This document shows positions 60,238 through 64,000 of a stretch of 64,000 nt of DNA, one piece after another. Position 1 is the stretch's first letter, and the number at the start of each line of letters is the position of its first letter. The stretch spans positions 1,728,001 to 1,792,000 of the forward strand of contig CAWGMQ010000004.1 of NCBI GenBank assembly GCA_963823665.1, read 5' to 3'. The DNA comes from an uncultured Planctomycetota bacterium (GTDB lineage Bacteria; Planctomycetota; Planctomycetia; Isosphaerales; Isosphaeraceae). Under the pieces are notes generated by a model. It was given only the letters and a program-made list of their open reading frames with translations, was not told the DNA's origin and did not search any database. Both the position numbers and the translations under genes were made by a program.

Positions 60238-63200
60238 GACTTTGTTTCTTCTTCAATTCGCCACGAGATTGTCAGCTTCACGCGCCGCCGCTCATCCATC
60301 TGCTTCGCCAACTCGTCGAGCTTCGCTCGCGCAGCAGGTACCTTTTGCAACTCCGCAGTTCCCTCGTCAATTAATCTCCAGCCGGGCGGGGGCGGGGGGG
60401 GCGGGGGAGGGGGTGGCAGAGGTGGAGGCACCGTCAAAAGCCGCACCGCCTTCGACTGCGCCGCCTTGAGCGCCGTGGCGAGCCCTTTCACATGCTCATC
60501 GCAACGAAGGCCCTCGGTAACTGCAGTGCGAATCTCGTTCGCGGCAGTCTTCCGTGAGTCAGTGAGTCCCGCAATCGCTTCGAAGATCTCCCAGTTCGTT
60601 CCTTCAATCGTCCCAACGAGCGCCTGCGCACTCGTCCGGCACTCGCCCATGGCCGATTCGCTGGTAGCAACCTCGGCCGAAGCCAGCGCACCCACGACCG
60701 AGCCGTCTGCGGACTGATTCAGCTTCTCGAGAAGCTGCATCGTCGCGGTGGCCGTCTTGAGACGATCCGATTCGGCGTCGGGTATCCCGAGCTTTGCCAC
60801 GCGTTCCCGGAGTTTCTGGCAAAACGTCTGGCAATGTTGCCGCCCATCGCTTGCCTTGCTCTTGACCTGAGTGACAAGCGACGCGACGTTGCTCGCGCTC
60901 AGGTGCGGCGAGACCGCCAAGCCGAAGATCGAGGCCGCGCGATCAATCGCGCGCTTCCACAGATCGGGAGGTGGCAATTCTACGGGCTGAAGAATGCACA
61001 GGTCCGGCAGGTTCCCGATTGATGCCTCGAAGGCGGCCCCGTGCAGGAAGAATGAAAGGGTCGCCTGGAGCGCATGGGTCAGAATGACGAGATTCTCCGC
61101 CTCTTTCGGCAGCCCCATGGGCTTGGGCTCGTTCATCCACCGGCGCAGATCGCGGACATCGGGCGCTCCCCCTTTCTCGGCGATTTTCCTCGTGAAGTGG
61201 TGCTTCCAGTGCTGGCCGATCACGAAATGCGTCTTATCCAGACCCATTTCACCCAGCTTGAGCGGATTGGCGATCGCGCGAATGAGCGGCCGAAGCGTCT
61301 TGTCGACCGGGGCCCGGTCGTCCGAGGCCTGCGCCGCGACGCCCGTGACCTCGAACACCTTCTTCAAATGGCTGCTCTTGATCTCGGCCTCGAACATCGG
61401 GGCCGCCGGGTAGTCGTGCTCGAGGGCCTGGCTCAACAGGTTGATCATCGCCCCGCCCAGGCTCGCGGCAACCGGCGGCCTTAGCTCGAAGCCCGGCCAG
61501 AGTGAGACAAATCGCTCGGAGGGCTCCAGCTCGTGCACGGTATCAAGTGAGCCGGGCACCAGCGGGTCCAGCCCGTACGCCGCATCCACGTGACTTTTGA
61601 CCCGCTCGCGCAACACGCTGCGCTGATTTTCCAGCAGTGACTTCGCCGACAGCCGGTCCTGCGCCGAGAGATTGCTCGCATACTGGCCGAACCGCTCCCC
61701 GGTCAGGATGTGCTCGATCACGACCAGCAGGCCGAGGTCTTTCCGCGCGTCGTTACTGAAAAACGCGGGCACCCAGCAAATCGTCCTGGCCCCCTTGGCA
61801 TGCGAGTCCTTGAACGCCTGCAGCTTGCTCAGATCGTCCCTGGGCCCGTGGCCGGCCTCGTCGAACGGAAAGTCGATTACCAGCTTCCACGCCTCGCCTG
61901 TGTTCTCAAGCGACGAATCGGGCAGGTCGCGGATGTTCTTGAATAGCACTGTGCAAAACCGCTCGGTGTTCCGCCACCGCAGGTCGTACGACTGCTCGAG
62001 CTGACCCTCGCGCTGCACCACGCCGGCCTGCTCGAAAAGCATCTGCCGCACCCGCTGCACCCGGTTTCCCAGCCGGTCTTCGCCCTCGGCCTGCTTGATG
62101 ATGCTCTCGGTGTCTACCCCCGAAAGCTGGATCGAGATCGTCGGATTCGTCTCTTCCCCGATCCGGATCTCGCCCACGCTCGCCGCCCATGCGCGGCAGC
62201 GCCCGAGCACTTCCTGACCCTCTTTGCCCTCGATCGGTGTTTTGATCGTGCCGTGATTGAGGGCCGCCAGCCGTTCCGCCGTCAGCGACCGCAGCGATTC
62301 GACCTCCGGCACCAGCGCCGAAAGCAACAGCGTCTTGATCAGCCGGTCGTTGGTGCGGAAGTCTCTTCGCCTTTGATCGCGCTCGGCCAGACCTTCGATC
62401 TCCTCCCGGCGCCCGTGCTTTTTTTCCAGGAGCGGAAGCAGCTTCTGGTGATAGAGCCGCTTGGCGTTGTCGAAGTGGATGGCCATTTCCTGGCTGAAGG
62501 CCTCGTCGGCCCCGGCGATCACGTCGTAGAGGTCACCCACCGGAACGATATCACCGACCTTGAGCGTCTCGCGCCCGTCGACCAGAAGCTGCATCATCAC
62601 CTTGAGCGCAGTCCGCTCGCGCTGGAGCACGCTCGAGACCGCGATCAGCGTCTGCACGAGTGCCGGGCTGAACGGGTACACCTTGCGAAACATCGCCCGG
62701 TCACCCTCGTGTGTGAGCAGGATGTTCATCACCGCTTCGCGGATTTGCTTCGTCTGATCGAAGGCCGCATCAAGCTCGTGGCGGGCGCCCTCGGTCTTGA
62801 CCTTGAGCACACGCTTCTCGGCAATGGCCGGCAGATTGCGGTCTTCAAGCGTGATCTTGTGGAACCGGCCCTCCCAATGCTTGAGCGCGTCGCTGAAATT
62901 CAGCCGGTCTGCTCCTGGCACGGCATCGCCGATCAGCTCGCTCAAGTCTCGCTGGCGAGCGACGAAGCTGATGACGGGAATCGGCCGGTCGGGTGTTTGC
63001 GCCTCGACGAGCTTCGCCAGTTTCTGCCCTTCCTGATGCACAAATCGCAGGTCGGCCGCGCGGCTGGCGAGCCAGAGCACCAGCTCGTCAAGGAAGAGAA
63101 TCAAGGCATCATAGCCCAGCCCCGCCGCGTGTTTGCTAAGAACGGAGAGCCCCTTGTCGAGCGAGAGAAACGCCTCGCCGTGGGCGCCGGCTTGCGTGTC

Positions 63201-63884
63201 ATACGAGCCGAAGAATTTGCCGATCAGTGTGCTGATGAGCTGCGAGCGCTCCTCGGAGCCGGGCAGGGCGACCGTCGCGGTCTCGAAGCGCTCCGCATCC
63301 CACGCCCGATCGACGTCGCCGAACTCGCTGTCAACGGACGCTCCTTCGCCAAGAGCCTCGAAGAACCGCTCGTCCCCCATTTGCTTGCGCAGGTTCTCAG
63401 CGTCGCGGAACAACCCTTCGGCGAGATAAACGCCAGGAATCGGGGCATCGGGATGCGTGCGGCGGATGAAGTCGACGTACCCGCCCAGGATGCCCGACTC
63501 CATGTCGTGCGACCCGATCATGTGATAGGGCACAAGCAGGAACTTCTTGCCGGTGATCCAGTCGTTGTGCCGGGTGATGACCGAGGCCAGCTCGGGAATC
63601 CCTCGCGCCGCGATGTTGCCTCCGAGGATGAGGTGCAGCACCGCCATGAAATGGCTCTTGCCGCTGCCGAAACTGCCGTGCAGGTAGCTCGCCTTGCTCG
63701 TCTTGGACTGGAGAGCCCCTTTGATGAAGCTCAAGGCATCGTCGTAGCAGCCCTTCAGCTCGGGCGTGACCACATATTCGCGCAGTGTCTCTTCGGGCCG
63801 GGTGACACCTTCCGCCAGCCGAAGCACAAAGCTCCCCTGTTCGACGTGCTCGGGAATCTCGATGAGGTCTTTGAGAAGGGTCAT
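60234..63884 (-). CDS. pglY: BREX-2 ATPase PglY
   Basis: MTLLKDLI, YVVTP, HGSFGSGKSHFM, FLDEL, VYPFSPAL, LNHG. Confidence 0.9.
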   Translation of the reverse strand: MTLLKDLIEIPEHVEQGSFVLRLAEGVTRPEETLREYVVTPELKGCYDDALSFIKGALQSKTSKASYLHGSFGSGKSHFMAVLHLILGGNIAARGIPELASVITRHNDWITGKKFLLVPYHMIGSHDMESGILGGYVDFIRRTHPDAPIPGVYLAEGLFRDAENLRKQMGDERFFEALGEGASVDSEFGDVDRAWDAERFETATVALPGSEERSQLISTLIGKFFGSYDTQAGAHGEAFLSLDKGLSVLSKHAAGLGYDALILFLDELVLWLASRAADLRFVHQEGQKLAKLVEAQTPDRPIPVISFVARQRDLSELIGDAVPGADRLNFSDALKHWEGRFHKITLEDRNLPAIAEKRVLKVKTEGARHELDAAFDQTKQIREAVMNILLTHEGDRAMFRKVYPFSPALVQTLIAVSSVLQRERTALKVMMQLLVDGRETLKVGDIVPVGDLYDVIAGADEAFSQEMAIHFDNAKRLYHQKLLPLLEKKHGRREEIEGLAERDQRRRDFRTNDRLIKTLLLSALVPEVESLRSLTAERLAALNHGTIKTPIEGKEGQEVLGRCRAWAASVGEIRIGEETNPTISIQLSGVDTESIIKQAEGEDRLGNRVQRVRQMLFEQAGVVQREGQLEQSYDLRWRNTERFCTVLFKNIRDLPDSSLENTGEAWKLVIDFPFDEAGHGPRDDLSKLQAFKDSHAKGARTICWVPAFFSNDARKDLGLLVVIEHILTGERFGQYASNLSAQDRLSAKSLLENQRSVLRERVKSHVDAAYGLDPLVPGSLDTVHELEPSERFVSLWPGFELRPPVAASLGGAMINLLSQALEHDYPAAPMFEAEIKSSHLKKVFEVTGVAAQASDDRAPVDKTLRPLIRAIANPLKLGEMGLDKTHFVIGQHWKHHFTRKIAEKGGAPDVRDLRRWMNEPKPMGLPKEAENLVILTHALQATLSFFLHGAAFEASIGNLPDLCILQPVELPPPDLWKRAIDRAASIFGLAVSPHLSASNVASLVTQVKSKASDGRQHCQTFCQKLRERVAKLGIPDAESDRLKTATATMQLLEKLNQSADGSVVGALASAEVATSESAMGECRTSAQALVGTIEGTNWEIFEAIAGLTDSRKTAANEIRTAVTEGLRCDEHVKGLATALKAAQSKAVRLLTVPPPLPPPPPPPPPPPGWRLIDEGTAELQKVPAARAKLDELAKQMDERRRVKLTISWRIEEETKS

Positions 63885-63906
63885 GTGGGAGACCGCGAAG
63901 AGAGAT

Positions 63907-63999
63907 TTAGGTTAACTCAAAATCATACATGTAGGACAGTCGCCCCGGGCTGCCATCTCTCGGAGGTCCAATCAGGGACCGCTTGCCACCGATCCGGTT
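63907..63999 (-). CDS. 3' end of an unidentified gene upstream of pglY
   Basis: Open frame NRIGGKRSLIGPPRDGSPGRLSYMYDFELT* running off the window edge. Confidence 0.35.
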   Translation of the reverse strand, partial: NRIGGKRSLIGPPRDGSPGRLSYMYDFELT

Positions 64000-64000
64000 T

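Noticed and set aside
19654..60717. Many long antisense or alternate-frame ORFs (e.g. 19654-21036, 37066-38370, 43240-44640, 57244-58752, 59362-60717)
   Set aside because: Shadow ORFs of recognisable genes in high-GC DNA.
1..64000. CRISPR arrays, tRNA, rRNA, tmRNA, known riboswitches
   Set aside because: None recognised by eye; an Infernal/tRNAscan run would be needed to exclude them formally.

Overview
GC-rich bacterial DNA, almost certainly from a planctomycete (Isosphaeraceae-like). The basis is LEPR-XLL-type N-termini, TIGR03067 domains, an ECF/Ser-Thr kinase pair and REP-like hairpins recalled as planctomycete-typical. Three zones. (1) 1-22.4 kb is an accessory/defence island: HerA-like ATPase, VapBC, orphaned XRE antitoxin, sigma-70 module, AbiEi/AbiEii, IS91-like Y2 transposase plus tyrosine recombinase, a second truncated tyrosine recombinase, three VOC gene copies, DUF1016, GNAT/DUF1778 TA, IS1182 and a primase-ATPase remnant. 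(2) 22.6-53.9 kb is mostly chromosomal: two S53 peptidases, a Tes/MJ0619-like radical SAM operon ending in an Lgt-like gene, ompH-lpxC/fabZ-lpxA-Gfo, arsR, dapA, pdxJ, pcrA, AGE epimerase, ECF sigma and a ZAS-kinase-TPR protein. (3) 54.1-64 kb is the 3' part of a type 2 BREX/Pgl system (pglY, pglZ, brxD, helicase). The most striking unannotated signals are: (a) the ends of the IS91-like element rejoin into a strand-biased fold-back with 11-6-11 dif-like geometry, like CTXphi attP(+), suggesting rolling-circle ssDNA integrated by a tyrosine recombinase; (b) related dif-like half-sites delimit modules of the island, one of them inside a VOC gene; (c) a promoter- and terminator-bounded ~200-nt structured RNA has loops complementary to the leader/RBS of the divergent membrane protein-sigma factor operon; (d) an IS1182 sits exactly in the loop of a REP hairpin. 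Several single-base frameshifts in otherwise intact genes suggest long-read assembly errors. Family assignments come from motif recognition by eye, not from database searches.
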